Below, piece by piece: positions 27,301 to 41,332 of a stretch of DNA of 64,000 nt. The notes beneath the pieces are model-generated. The model was not told the DNA's origin. It did no database searches and was given only the letters and a program-made list of their open reading frames with translations. The stretch covers positions 19,902,001 to 19,966,000 of the forward strand of contig OX597820.1 of NCBI GenBank assembly GCA_951406725.2. The letters are read 5' to 3'. This DNA is from Octopus vulgaris (Eukaryota). The position numbers and the translations under genes are program-made. How positions within the stretch are numbered: position 1 is the first letter of the stretch; every line of letters starts with the position of its first letter.

Positions 27301-30300
27301 TCTGGCTAAAGAAGTTGCCTGATCATCATTGGCATTAACTTGTATCTGGGTAGTTATATACCTATCTCTTTACTACCCACAAGGGGCTAAACACAGAAAG
27401 GACAAACAAAGACAGACAAATGGATTAAGTCGATTATATCAAACCCAGTGCATAACTGGTACTTATTTAATCGACCCCAAAAGGATGAAAGGCAAAGTCG
27501 ATCTCGGTGGAATTTGAACTCAGAACGTAGCAGCAGACGAAAAACCTGTTTCCTTACTAACCACAAGGGGCTAAACACAGAAGGACAAACAAGGACATCA
27601 GTTTGGCTGTGGAGGAGGCAGAGGAGGCTGCCTCAGGGTGTTTGTGGATCAGGGAGTGTGATTCCTGGAAGGGATAATGCTACCAGGGGTAGTGCTAACA
27701 GGAAATAAGGTGGTTGGGTCACCTAGGTAAGGGTGTCTGATGTTGAAAGACATGAAACACCTAATAACCCCAGGGAACAGAGTACATCATTGATGATGTA
27801 TTCAGGTACTTTGCTGAATGATATAGGAAAAATGTTCAAGAAATTGAGGGATTACTACTTTGCCTGGAAGCAGGAGAGGATTGGCGCCAAGAAAGGGATC
27901 TGGCCATAGCAGACTTTACTCCAACTGCTCTTGTGTGACACATGTAAACAGGGGAAGGCAGATGTTTAAATGATGATGATGATGCAAAACATTAGGGAGT
28001 TATAATCTGTTGGTAACAACTAGATTCTCTTATTTTCTCCCAGAGCACAAATGATTTGAGAGGAAATATTTGTCTTAGAGGAATCAGATGTAATGTGCAT
28101 GCATTGAGAATATGACAACTGGCTAATGATGTGTCAAACGATCCAAGTTTAACCCTTTTGTTACCAACCCAGCTGAAACCGGCTCTGGCTCAGTAGTACA
28201 AATATCTTGTTTTCATAAGTTCTGCATTAAAATCTTCCACCAAACCTTAGTCACAATTAATGTTCCTAACACTAGCTTAATGATAACTAAGTTATTTTAC
28301 TAAATTCTTTGTTATATTTAAAATTAATTGAAAGAAACACAGAGCATCTCAACAGAATCATGGTAACAAAAGGGTTAAAATATATAATAGAGAAACAATT
28401 CTTAACCCTTTTGATACCAACCTGGATGAAACCATCTCTGGCTCTAAGTACAAATGTCTTGTTTTCATAAGTTCTGCATTAAAATCTTCCACCAAACCTT
28501 AGTCACAATTAATGTTCCTAACACTAGCTTAATGATAACTAAGTTATTTTACTAAATTCTTTGTTATATTTAAAATTAATTGAAAGAAACACAGAGCATC
28601 TCAACAGAATCATGGTAACAAAAGGGTTAAAATATATAATAGAGAAACAATTCTTAACCCTTTTGATACCAACCTGGATGAAACCATCTCTGGCTCTAAG
28701 TACAAATGTCTTGTTTTCATAAGTTTTGAATTAAAATCTTCCACCAAACCTTAGTCACAATTAATGTTCCTAACACTAGCTTAATGATAACTAAGTTATT
28801 TTACTAAATTCTTTGTTATATTTAAAATTAATTGAAAGAAACACAGAGCATCTCAACAGAATCATGGTAACAAAAGGGTTAAAATATATAATAGAGAAAC
28901 AATTCTTAACCCTTTTGATACCAACCTGGATGAAACCATCTCTGGCTCTAAGTACAAATGTCTTGTTTTCATAAGTTTTGAATTAAAATCTTCCACCAAA
29001 CCTTAGTCACAATTAATGTTCCTAACACTAGCTTAATGATAACTAAGTTATTTTACTAAATTCTTTGTTATATTTAAAATTAATTGAAAGAAACACAGAG
29101 CATCTCAACAGAATCATGGTAACAAAAGGGTTAAAATATATAATAGAGAAACAATTCTTAACCCTTTTGATACCAACCTGGATGAAACCGGCTCTGGCTC
29201 AGTAGTACAAATATCTTGTTTTCATAAGTTCTGCATTAAAATCTTCCACCAAACCTTAGTCACAATTAATGTTCCTAACACTAGCTTAATGATAACTAAG
29301 TTATTTTACTAAATTCTTTGTTATATTTAAAATTAATTGAAAGAAACACAGAGCATCTCAACAGAATCATGGTAACAAAAGGGTTAAAATATATAATAGA
29401 GAAACAATTCTTAACCCTTTTGATACCAACCTGGATGAAACCATCTCTGGCTCTAAGTACAAATGTCTTGTTTTCATAAGTTTTGAATTAAAATCTTCCA
29501 CCAAACCTTAGTCACAATTAATGTTCCTAACACTAGCTTAATGATAACTAAGTTATTTTACTAAATTCTTTGTTATATTTAAAATTAATTGAAAGAAACA
29601 CAGAGCATCTCAACAGAATCATGGTAACAAAAGGGTTAAAATATATAATAGAGAAACAATTCTTAACCCTTTTGATACCAACCTGGATGAAACCATCTCT
29701 GGCTCTAAGTACAAATGTCTTGTTTTCATAAGTTTTGAATTAAAATCTTCCACCAAACCTTAGTCACAATTAATGTTCCTAACACTAGCTTAATGATAAC
29801 TAAGTTATTTTACTAAATTCTTTGTTATATTTAAAATTAATTGAAAGAAACACAGAGCATCTCAACAGAATCATGGTAACAAAAGGGTTAAAATATATAA
29901 TAGAGAAACAATTCTTAACCCTTTTGATACCAACCTGGATGAAACCATCTCTGGCTCTAAGTACAAATGTCTTGTTTTCATAAGTTTTGAATTAAAATCT
30001 TCCACCAAACCTTAGTCACAATTAATGTTCCTAACACTAGCTTAATGATAACTAAGTTATTTTACTAAATTCTTTGTTATATTTAAAATTAATTGAAAGA
30101 AACACAGAGCATCTCAACAGAATCATGGTAACAAAAGGGTTAAAATATATAATAGAGAAACAATTCTTAACCCTTTTGATACCAACCTGGATGAAACCGG
30201 CTCTGGCTCAGTAGTACAAATATCTTGTTTTCATAAGTTCTGCATTAAAATCTTCCACCAAACCTTAGTCACAATTAATGTTCCTAACACTAGCTTAATG

Positions 30301-32678
30301 ATAACTAAGTTATTTTACTAAATTCTTTGTTATATTTAAAATTAATTGAAAGAAACACAGAGCATCTCAACAGAATCATGGTAACAAAAGGGTTAAAATA
30401 TATAATAGAGAAACAATTCTTAACCCTTTTGATACCAACCTGGATGAAACCATCTCTGGCTCTAAGTACAAATGTCTTGTTTTCATAAGTTTTGAATTAA
30501 AATCTTCCACCAAACCTTAGTCACAATTAATGTTCCTAACACTAGCTTAATGATAACTAAGTTATTTTACTAAATTCTTTGTTATATTTAAAATTAATTG
30601 AAAGAAACACAGAGCATCTCAACAGAATCATGGTAACAAAAGGGTTAAAATATATAATAGAGAAACAATTCTTAACCCTTTTGATACCAACCTGGATGAA
30701 ACCATCTCTGGCTCTAAGTACAAATGTCTTGTTTTCATAAGTTTTGAATTAAAATCTTCCACCAAACCTTAGTCACAATTAATGTTCCTAACACTAGCTT
30801 AATGATAACTAAGTTATTTTACTAAATTCTTTGTTATATTTAAAATTAATTGAAAGAAACACAGAGCATCTCAACAGAATCATGGTAACAAAAGGGTTAA
30901 AATATATAATAGAGAAACAATTCTTAACCCTTTTGATACCAACCTGGATGAAACCGGCTCTGGCTCAGTAGTACAAATATCTTGTTTTCATAAGTTCTGC
31001 ATTAAAATCTTCCACCAAACCTTAGTCACAATTAATGTTCCTAACACTAGCTTAATGATAACTAAGTTATTTTACTAAATTCTTTGTTATATTTAAAATT
31101 AATTGAAAGAAACACAGAGCATCTCAACAGAATCATGGTAACAAAAGGGTTAAAATATATAATAGAGAAACAATTCTTAACCCTTTTGATACCAACCTGG
31201 ATGAAACCATCTCTGGCTCTAAGTACAAATGTCTTGTTTTCATAAGTTTTGAATTAAAATCTTCCACCAAACCTTAGTCACAATTAATGTTCCTAACACT
31301 AGCTTAATGATAACTAAGTTATTTTACTAAATTCTTTGTTATATTTAAAATTAATTGAAAGAAACACAGAGCATCTCAACAGAATCATGGTAACAAAAGG
31401 GTTAAAATATATAATAGAGAAACAATTCTTAACCCTTTTGATACCAACCTGGATGAAACCATCTCTGGCTCTAAGTACAAATGTCTTGTTTTCATAAGTT
31501 TTGAATTAAAATCTTCCACCAAACCTTAGTCACAATTAATGTTCCTAACACTAGCTTAATGATAACTAAGTTATTTTACTAAATTCTTTGTTATATTTAA
31601 AATTAATTGAAAGAAACACAGAGCATCTCAACAGAATCATGGTAACAAAAGGGTTAAAATATATAATAGAGAAACAATTCTTAACCCTTTTGATACCAAC
31701 CTGGATGAAACCGGCTCTGGCTCAGTAGTACAAATATCTTGTTTTCATAAGTTCTGCATTAAAATCTTCCACCAAACCTTAGTCACAATTAATGTTCCTA
31801 ACACTAGCTTAATGATAACTAAGTTATTTTACTAAATTCTTTGTTATATTTAAAATTAATTGAAAGAAGCACAGAGCATCTCAACAGAATCATGGTAACA
31901 AAAGGGTTAAAATATATAATAGAGAAACAATTCTTAACCCTTTTGATACCAACCTGGATGAAACCATCTCTGGCTCTAAGTACAAATGTCTTGTTTTCAT
32001 AAGTTCTGAATTAAAATCTTCCACCAAACCTTAGTCACAATTAATGTTCCTAACACTAGCTTAATGATAACTAAGTTATTTTACTAAATTCTTTGTTATA
32101 TTTAAAATTAATTGAAAGAAACACAGAGCATCTCAACAGAATCATGGTAACAAAAGGGTTAAAATATATAATAGAGAAACAATTCTTAACCCTTTTGATA
32201 CCAACCTGGATGAAACCATCTCTGGCTCTAAGTACAAATGTCTTGTTTTCATAAGTTTTAAATTAAAATCTTCCACCAAACCTTAGTCACAATTAATGTT
32301 CCTAACACTAGCTTAATGATAACTAAGTTATTTTACTAAATTCTTTGTTATATCTAAAATAAATTGAAACACAGAGCATCTCAAAATAAATGCAGTAACA
32401 AAAGGGTTAAGGAACCTGCCAGATGGAGAGAGAGAGAGAGAGAAAGAGTGAGAGAGAGAGAGAGAGAGAGTAAGAGAAAGAAAGAGATGCTGGGTGCTCT
32501 TCCTAACACCAACCACTCCAAGAATGTAGTGGGTGCATATTATGTGCCACTGACACGGGGGCCAGTCAGGTGGCACTAGTATTGACCCTGCTAGAATGGT
32601 GCTTTTTACATGTCACTGACACAGGTTCCAGTCAAGCAGCACTGGCGTTGGTCATGACAACAATGTGTGTATATATAT

Positions 32679-32735
<57 letters not shown>

Positions 32736-33041
32736 AGTTGTTTGTTTGTTCCTTCTCGAGCCACGCCTGGCTCATAAGGGCCGGTTTCCCGATTTCCTTG
32801 GCATATAGGTTCCCCACCTGGATGGGACGCCGGTCCATTGCAGGTGAGCTGCAAGATTCAGGAGGAAAGAGTGAAAGAAAGTTGTGGCGAAAGAGTCAGC
32901 AGAAGTTCGCCATTACCTTCTGCCGGAGCTGTGTGGAGCTTAGGTGTTTCACTCATAAACACACACATCGCCCGGTCTGAGATTTGAACCCGCGATCCCT
33001 CGACCGCAAGTCTTCTGCTCCAACCACTAGGCTATGTGCCT

Positions 33042-33081
<40 letters not shown>

Positions 33082-36000
33082 GATGTAAAAAGCACCCTTC
33101 GAGTGTTGGGCTTCATGGAGGCAATGATGAATGGCTGAAACCTTTGGCATTATCATATTGTGCTTGAGAAGAAGACCCATCAAGCCAAGTAAAATTGCAG
33201 TTGTGGCAGATACTGGGGTCACACAAATGGCATCCATGCTGGTGCCATGTAAAACCATCAATTACACTCTTGGAGTGGTAGGTATTAGGAAGGGCATCCT
33301 GCCATAGAAACCATACCAAATCAGACTGCTGCCTTCCAGCTTACCAGCCCTGGTCAAACCGTCCAACCTATGCCAGCATGGACAATGGATGTTAAATGAT
33401 GATGATGATGATATACATAAACATAAAAATATATGAATAATAACAAAGGGTAAAATTAATTAATTAAGAAGTAATCAATAATTTCACCAAGTAGAATTCG
33501 GCATGACAAAAGGACCATTTCATGGTAAACTTAAGTTATACTTAATAATACTTAATAAAGCAAATCTTTGCTGAACCCTAATTATTAAGTAAAAATATAT
33601 GTTAAGGCGGTGAGCTGGCAGAAACGTTAGCATGCTGGGCGAAATGCTTGGCGGTATTTCGTCTGCGTTACGTTGTGAGTTCAAATTCTGCCGAGGTCGA
33701 CTTTGCCTTTCATCCTTTCGGGGTCGATAAATTAAGTATCAGTTACAAACTGGGGTCGATGTAATCGACTTAATACCTATGTCTGTCCTTGTTTGTTCCC
33801 TCTGTGTTTAGCCCCTTGTGGGTAATAAAGAAATAGATATTTCGTCTGCCGTTGCATTCTGAGTTCAAATTACGCCGAGGTCAACTTTGCCTTTCATCCT
33901 TTCGGGGTCAATAAATTAAGTACCAGTAACGCACTGGGGTCGATATAATCGACTTAATCCGTGTGTCTGTCCTTGTTTGTCCTCTCTGTGTTTAGCCCCT
34001 TGTGGGTAGTAAAGAAATAGGTATTTCGTCTGTCTTTACGTTCTGAGTTCAAATTCCGCAGAGGCCAACTTTGCCTTTCATCCTTTCGGGGTCGATAAAT
34101 TAAGTACCAGTTATGTACTGGGGTCGATATAATCGACTTAATCCCTTTGTCTGTCCTTGTTTGTCCCCCCACCTATGTTTAGCCCCTTGTGGGCAATAAA
34201 GAAATAATAAACATAAAAATATATACTTACTTCTATATATCTATATATAAATATAATAATTATTATTTGAGGGAATATTAATCCTAACTTAGAGAAAAAA
34301 ATTCAAATTAGAAATACTAAATCAAATTTCACACAATATAATATATATATAAAAATTAGAAAAAAATCACCTTTTATATATAAATATAAATACCTTATAA
34401 GTTACTCCCAGTTGCTGCAATGGAACAACAATGTTTGCATGGCCTTGCCACCATTCTTTTCCTTGGTTTCCAGTACGTTCCCATACTTGCCGTTTAAAAA
34501 AGCCTGTTTTAACATACAGCTGAAGTGCACTGCTATTCTGTACATTCATGTTGTACCAAAATCTTAAACATGATTGGGAAGCAGGCGGGAAAGGCGGACT
34601 TGTCAGACGAGCAATTTTTGTTCTCCTTCTTCCGTATCGGGAGGAAGATGCATAGACGTAGTGACCTGAGAGAGAGAGAGAGAAAAAAAAAAGAGAAATT
34701 GTAATTTGATTAAAGAAGAAAGACAACAGATAATGAAGAGAGAGAGAGCTTCTAACAATGAGAAAAATGGAATTTAAATAACCTTTATATATTTCAGGTA
34801 CAAAGGCCCGTCATAGGAAGTTAATAGATTAAAGGTATGTAAATTTATAAGGTGGCGAGCTGGCAGAAACATTAGCACGGCGGGCGAAATGCTTAGCTGT
34901 ATTTCGTCTGCGGCTACGTTCTGAGTTCAAATTCCACTGAGGTTGACTTTGCCTTTCATCCTTTCGGGATCAATTAAATAAGTACTAGTTACGCACTGGG
35001 GTTGATATAATCGACTTAATCTATTTGTCTGTCCTTGTTTGTGTTCTCTGTGTTTAGCCCCTTGTGGGTAGTAAAGAAATAGGTATTTCGTCTGCTGCTA
35101 TGTTATGAGTTCAAATTCCGTCGAGGTCGACTTTGCCTTTCGTCCTTTCGGGGTCGATTAAATAAGTACCAGTTACGCATTGGGGTCGATATAATCGACT
35201 TAATCCGTTTGTCTGTCCTTGTTTGTCCTCTCTGTGTTTAGCCCCTTGTGGGTAGTAAAGAAATAGGTATGTAAATTTATGCAGATCCTGTCATGTTCAT
35301 TATCATATAGATAATGACTCCACTTTTGCAACATTCAACATGGTGGGATCTAAGTAAACTTTGATATCCTTAAAACATTTATTTCTTATACTGGGCCTTT
35401 GTGCTTGAAATATATAACTTAACTTACCCTTTATGCATTGTTAGAAGCCCTCTGTTTTCCTTATTAGTTACTTTACTTATACATACATACATACATACTA
35501 CTTGCATGCATACACATGTACAGACAGACAGATAGATAGACAGACAGACATAAGAATATACCTATACTAAACTATTGAGGAATCTACGGCTTCTCTTTGC
35601 AGATTACAAGTTCAGGTTTATACCTGTAATTATTGGGACAATGGGATATGTAACACCAATCATGACAAATTAGGCATCTCAAAACCAGAAAGGAGAAAGC
35701 TGATTTGAAGACTACAGATCCAATCCATCACTGGAACTGTAAAGATCTGTAAAACTTTCCAGAAGTTTATCATTTAAATATATATGAGCATATTTAGACA
35801 TACAACTATATGCTCAAGAATACACATTATTATTATTATTATTATTATTTCCTTTGCACAGCTTCTAACACTGGAGATGTACTGCAGTGTCAGCTGTTTA
35901 CTACCAGTGAACTAAAGTAATACCTCTTATTTTTCGAGCACCTTCCAGAGTATTCGAGCGGTCCCAAGCAGTGCTGTTTTCTGCAAGTGTTCCACCCTTA

Positions 36001-37044
36001 TTGCAGCCCCTAATTGTTCCATGTACTTCTCAAGATTTTTACTCACTATTCCCAGCGCTCTGACAGTTATCAGTACTACTACCACCCTTTCCATTGACCA
36101 CAACTGCTTAACCTCCCAAGCCAATATGTCATATCTCTCGACTTTTCTTTCTTCCTTATTGCATACCTTGTTGTCAGCTGGGCATGCTATATCTATGATC
36201 CAGCATAGTTTACCCTCCTCCACCATCAATCATTTGACTGTGGCCATGTTGGAGCACCGCCTTTAGTCAAGCAAATCGACCCCGGGACTTATTCTTTGTA
36301 GGCCGAGTACTTATTCTGTCGGTCTCTTTTGCCGAACCTCTAGGTTATGGGGACGTAAACACACCAGCAACTGTTGTCAAGCGATGTTGGGGGAAGAAAC
36401 ACAGATACACAAACATACACACACACACATACACACACACACATGTATATATACAGATATACGACAGGCTTCTTTCAGTTGCTGTCTACCAAATCCACTC
36501 ACAAGCCTTTGGTTGGCCCAAGGCTATAGTAGAAGACACTTGCTCAAGGTGCCATGCAGTGGGACTGAACCCGGAACCATGTGGTTCGTAAGCAAGCTAC
36601 TTACCACACAGCCACTCCTATGATTATTATTATTATTATTATTGTTGTTGTTATTTTTATAACCATTATATGTAATATTAGTTTGCAGGGATTTTGTTTT
36701 GAGATTTGGTGACAACAGCATCATTCCCTGAATCTCAAAAATCTTTCTACGATTTTTTGCAAAATGCAGGATTCTACTTTTCTGCAGGTTGACACTGCAA
36801 GTCTCAATTCCAATATCCTTCAACCGTTTAGATGGCTGTGTGGGTGTTGTAGCCTCCCAGGTAGTATATTATTATTAGCGGAATTCCTCCTGGCTTGTTC
36901 TGAGTTCAAATTCTGCTGAAGTCAATTTTGTCAGTAATTTCTTCAGGGTCAGTAAAATAAGTACCAGGTGAGGACAATGATCAATGGAATTGACTAGGCC
37001 CCTCCCCACAAATTTCTGGCCTTGTGCCTATAGTACAAAGAATG

Positions 37045-37091
<47 letters not shown>

Positions 37092-40000
37092 CATTTTTAT
37101 TATTATTATTATTATTATATGTTTGTACTGAAGGTGGTGAGCTGGCAGAATTGTTAGCATGCCAGGTGAAATTCTTGGTGGTACTTCATCCATCTTAACG
37201 TTTCAAATTCTGTCGAGGCTGACTCTCCTTTTGGGACTGATAAATTAAGTACCAGTGAAACACTGGGATCAATGTAATCGACTCGCCCCTCCTCTCAAAT
37301 TGTGCCTATAGTAGAAAGGATTATTGTATGTGTGAGTTTAGGTGTGTAGTTGTGTGTATTTTCATTGAAATACCTGATTTTGTTCCAGTAGTATGGTCAG
37401 GAATTTGGCTGAAATAAGTTGATTTTTTCCACAAGTTTGTCAGTATAGATTCAATTGTCCAGCCACATGTATCCACTTCAAAATCACATGAACCTGCATT
37501 AGATAATACAAATAAATAAATAAATGTAAATAAAAACATGAAATTGTTAAGATTACTTCAGGAGTTAACAGTCATATATTCAGCCAACCCTTCAAAATTG
37601 TTGTCCCTCTCATCATACTTCTATTCAATTTTCTTTTAACAGAAAAAAAAAATATGGACAAAGAATCAATTAAACCCAAATGTATATGTGCATACATACA
37701 TATATTTATAAAAAGGAAAAAAAAACCCAACAAACAAAAGCAGATGCACCACTGAAACATCACCACTTTGACCATCCAAATTGAGAGACTTAATGTAAGT
37801 TAAGATTATCTGTAGTTAAAAACAGTAAATATTAATTGAAGAGTCACTCAATATCTCTAAGTAGAGTGTTGTATTTAATTTTTACAAAAAAAAGATTGAT
37901 TAGTGACTTCAAAATTTTAGCTTCATTGCTTTTGTTAAGTAAACATGCAATCCAGAATCTGAGAAGCCTGGGCTTTGGTTTGCATCAGTGAATATAAATC
38001 CCAATAAAGGCAAAAGTGCTGTAAAAGAAGCAACAATGAAACAGAAGTACAGCTTTTATGTATTCTGCCATGAGGGAAGGAAAGGACTTTCGGTATTCTC
38101 AATATAAAAACCTTTTTGTAAAATAAACAAGAAATCTTGACAAAGGGCCTTTGTGTTCAAAACATTATAAACCCCTTTCTTTTCCTCATGGTGTAATACA
38201 CTGGCTTCATATTTTTGTTTCGTCTGGCCCCCGTGTCGGTGGCACGTAAAAGCACCATCCATTCGTGTCCGTTGCCAGCTTCGCCTGGCCCCGTGCCGGT
38301 GACACGTAAAAGCACCATCCGTTCGTGGCCGTTTGCCAGCTCTGTCTGGCACCTGTGCGGGTGGCACGTAAAAAGCACCCACTACACTCACGGAGTGGTT
38401 GGCGTTAGGAAGGGCATCCAGCCGTAGAAACACTGCCAGATCTGACTGGGCCTGACGAAGCCTTCCAGCTTCACAGACCCCAGTTGAACCGTCCAACCCA
38501 TGCTAGCGTGGAAAGCAGACGCTGAATGATGATGATGTTGTTTGCTCATCATATTTTGCTTTTATCTTGGAATTAAATATTTTTTTTTATCAAGAATTAA
38601 CAACAAATTAATTTCTCATAATTTTAAATGAATATTTAATTAACATGAAAAAAAACATACGTGGATGAGGACAACCATTGGTATCCATGAAAATATCATC
38701 AACTGCCACCATTCCTGTTGATCTACCATTTGTAACAAATTCAATGTACAGCTGAAACAAATATAATAAACACATTTCTAAACTGACAAAACTAAATCTG
38801 ATAGAAACCATTTTTGTTTTTTCTGTTTTGTAGATGTCAGTAGTTTTAAAAAGTTATGCTACCAATAAATAGGGTAAGAATATATTGCCAAAAAATATTA
38901 CATCTTTCTCTCTTTCTGTGCAGAGGATTAACAACAAATAGGGAAAAATGATCCAGCATATATGTTCTAAAGGGAAAAACATTAAATCTGTAATATTAAG
39001 AGAAAATTTGAAAAGAGAGTTGTACTTTTACCTTATCATATAAATTGAAAATTCTGCTAACAAATAATAGTGAAATAAAGTTCAAAAGTCAATGATATAT
39101 TTATTGGTAAATTAAGAAATTTTTATGGTAACAAACTGTATAAATGAACTAAGTTAACTGTATTGTATTTAAAGTCTATATATAATGAGTACCCACACAC
39201 ACACATACACACACACAAACATTCACACACACGCACATGAGCACACATGTGCACACACACACCCATACACACACACGTGCACACACACATGCACATACAC
39301 ACGCACACACACATACGCCAATTCGCACACACGTACATACACACACACACATACATGCACATACACACAAACATTTACACACACTCACAGACACACACAC
39401 GCACATGAGCACACATGTGCACACACACACCCATACACACACACACGCGCACACACACATGCACATACACATGCGCACACACATACGCACATTCGCACAC
39501 ACGTACATACACACATACACATACATGCACATATACACAAACATTCACACACACGCACAGACACACACATGCACATGAGCACACATGTGGACACACCCAC
39601 CCACATGCACACACACACACACTCACACACACATGCGCACACACACACATGCACATACACACATTCATACACATGTGCACACACATACACACATTCGCAC
39701 ACACGTACACACACACACACACAGTACACACATGCACAAATATAAGTCTAATAATATCGAAACAGTTAAAATTGTGAAAACAAAGAATTGGTATTCTTTT
39801 ATTCTTTTATTTGTTTTAGTCATTTGACTGTGGCCATGCTGGAGCACCGCCTTCAGTTGAACAAATCGACCCCAGGACTTATTCTTTGTAAGCCTAGTAC
39901 TTATCCTACTGGTCACTTTTGCTGAACTGCATTGGTTGTCAAGCGATGGTGGGGGGACAAATACAGACACACAACACACACACACACACACAGACATGAC

Positions 40001-40149
40001 GGGATTCTTTTTATGTTTCAAGGAAGGACCTTCTTCAGAAACAGAGACAGAGGAAAGTCCAACATAAGAGGAAGATGGAGGAAAAAAATCGCGAACAATC
40101 CACATGTAGTTATATATATATATGCATGCACATATATATATATATATGC

Positions 40150-40201
<52 letters not shown>

Positions 40202-40715
40202 CAAAGTGTACAGTATTATATATCCATCATGGCAGATCTTACCAACCAGTTTCATGCTAGGGGTACAACAGAGTGTTAGGTAACGATCCGATTATATAAC
40301 CCTACACTCATCAGAGGTAGCTGATATGGAATGAAATATCACTCTATTGACAGATATACAAGTGCATCTTTTTCTTGACTTATGGACTTTTGGATAACTT
40401 ATGTGTATATATGTATATATGAGGGTCCCAGCTGATACAATCAACGGAACAGTCTGCTCATGAAATTAACGTGCAAATGACTGAGCAATCCACAGACATG
40501 TGTACCCCTAACGCAGTTCTTAGGGAGATTCAGCGTGACATAGAGTGTGACAAGGCCGGCCCTCTGAAATACAGGTACAACTCATTTTTGCCAGCTGAGT
40601 GGACTGGAGCAATGTGAAATAAAGTGTCTTGCTCAAGGACACAACATGTCACCGGGAATTGAACTCACGACCTTACAATCGTGAGCCAAATGCCCAAACC
40701 ACTAAGCTATGTGCC

Positions 40716-40753
<38 letters not shown>

Positions 40754-41263
40754 ATATATGCATACACACACACTGGATTTTTTTCCTTTTTTCCATTTAC
40801 CAAATCCCTAATTCTACTCACAGGGCTTTGATAGCTCAGAGCTATATCGGATGACACTTGCCCAAGGTGCAAGATAGTAGGATTGAAACAAAAACCACAT
40901 GGTTGGGGAGCAAATTTCTTGACTATACAACCACTCCAGCACCTCAAAATATCAAAATACATAGATAAATAATATAAAACTTGCTGCATATAGTTGAAAA
41001 CCTAAGTGCAAAAATGAAACAGAATTTGATTTGGCTAATAGGGATCATTTAGAATGAAAACTGGGCTTAAATGTGGAATGTCTTAAAAGACAAAGAAATA
41101 GGCATAGGAGTGGCTGTGTGGTTAGTAGCTTGCTTACGAACCACATGGTTCCGAGTTCAGTCCCACTGTGTGGCATCTTCGGCAAGTGTCTTCTACTATA
41201 GCCTCGGGCCGACCAAAGCCTTGGGAGTGGATTTGGTAGATGGAAACTGAAAGAAGCCTGTTG

Positions 41264-41332
<69 letters not shown>

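Noticed and set aside
28149-32410. CRISPR-like repeat-spacer appearance
   Set aside because: The spacers are identical, the units are 252 bp, the context is a eukaryotic intron and there are no cas genes.
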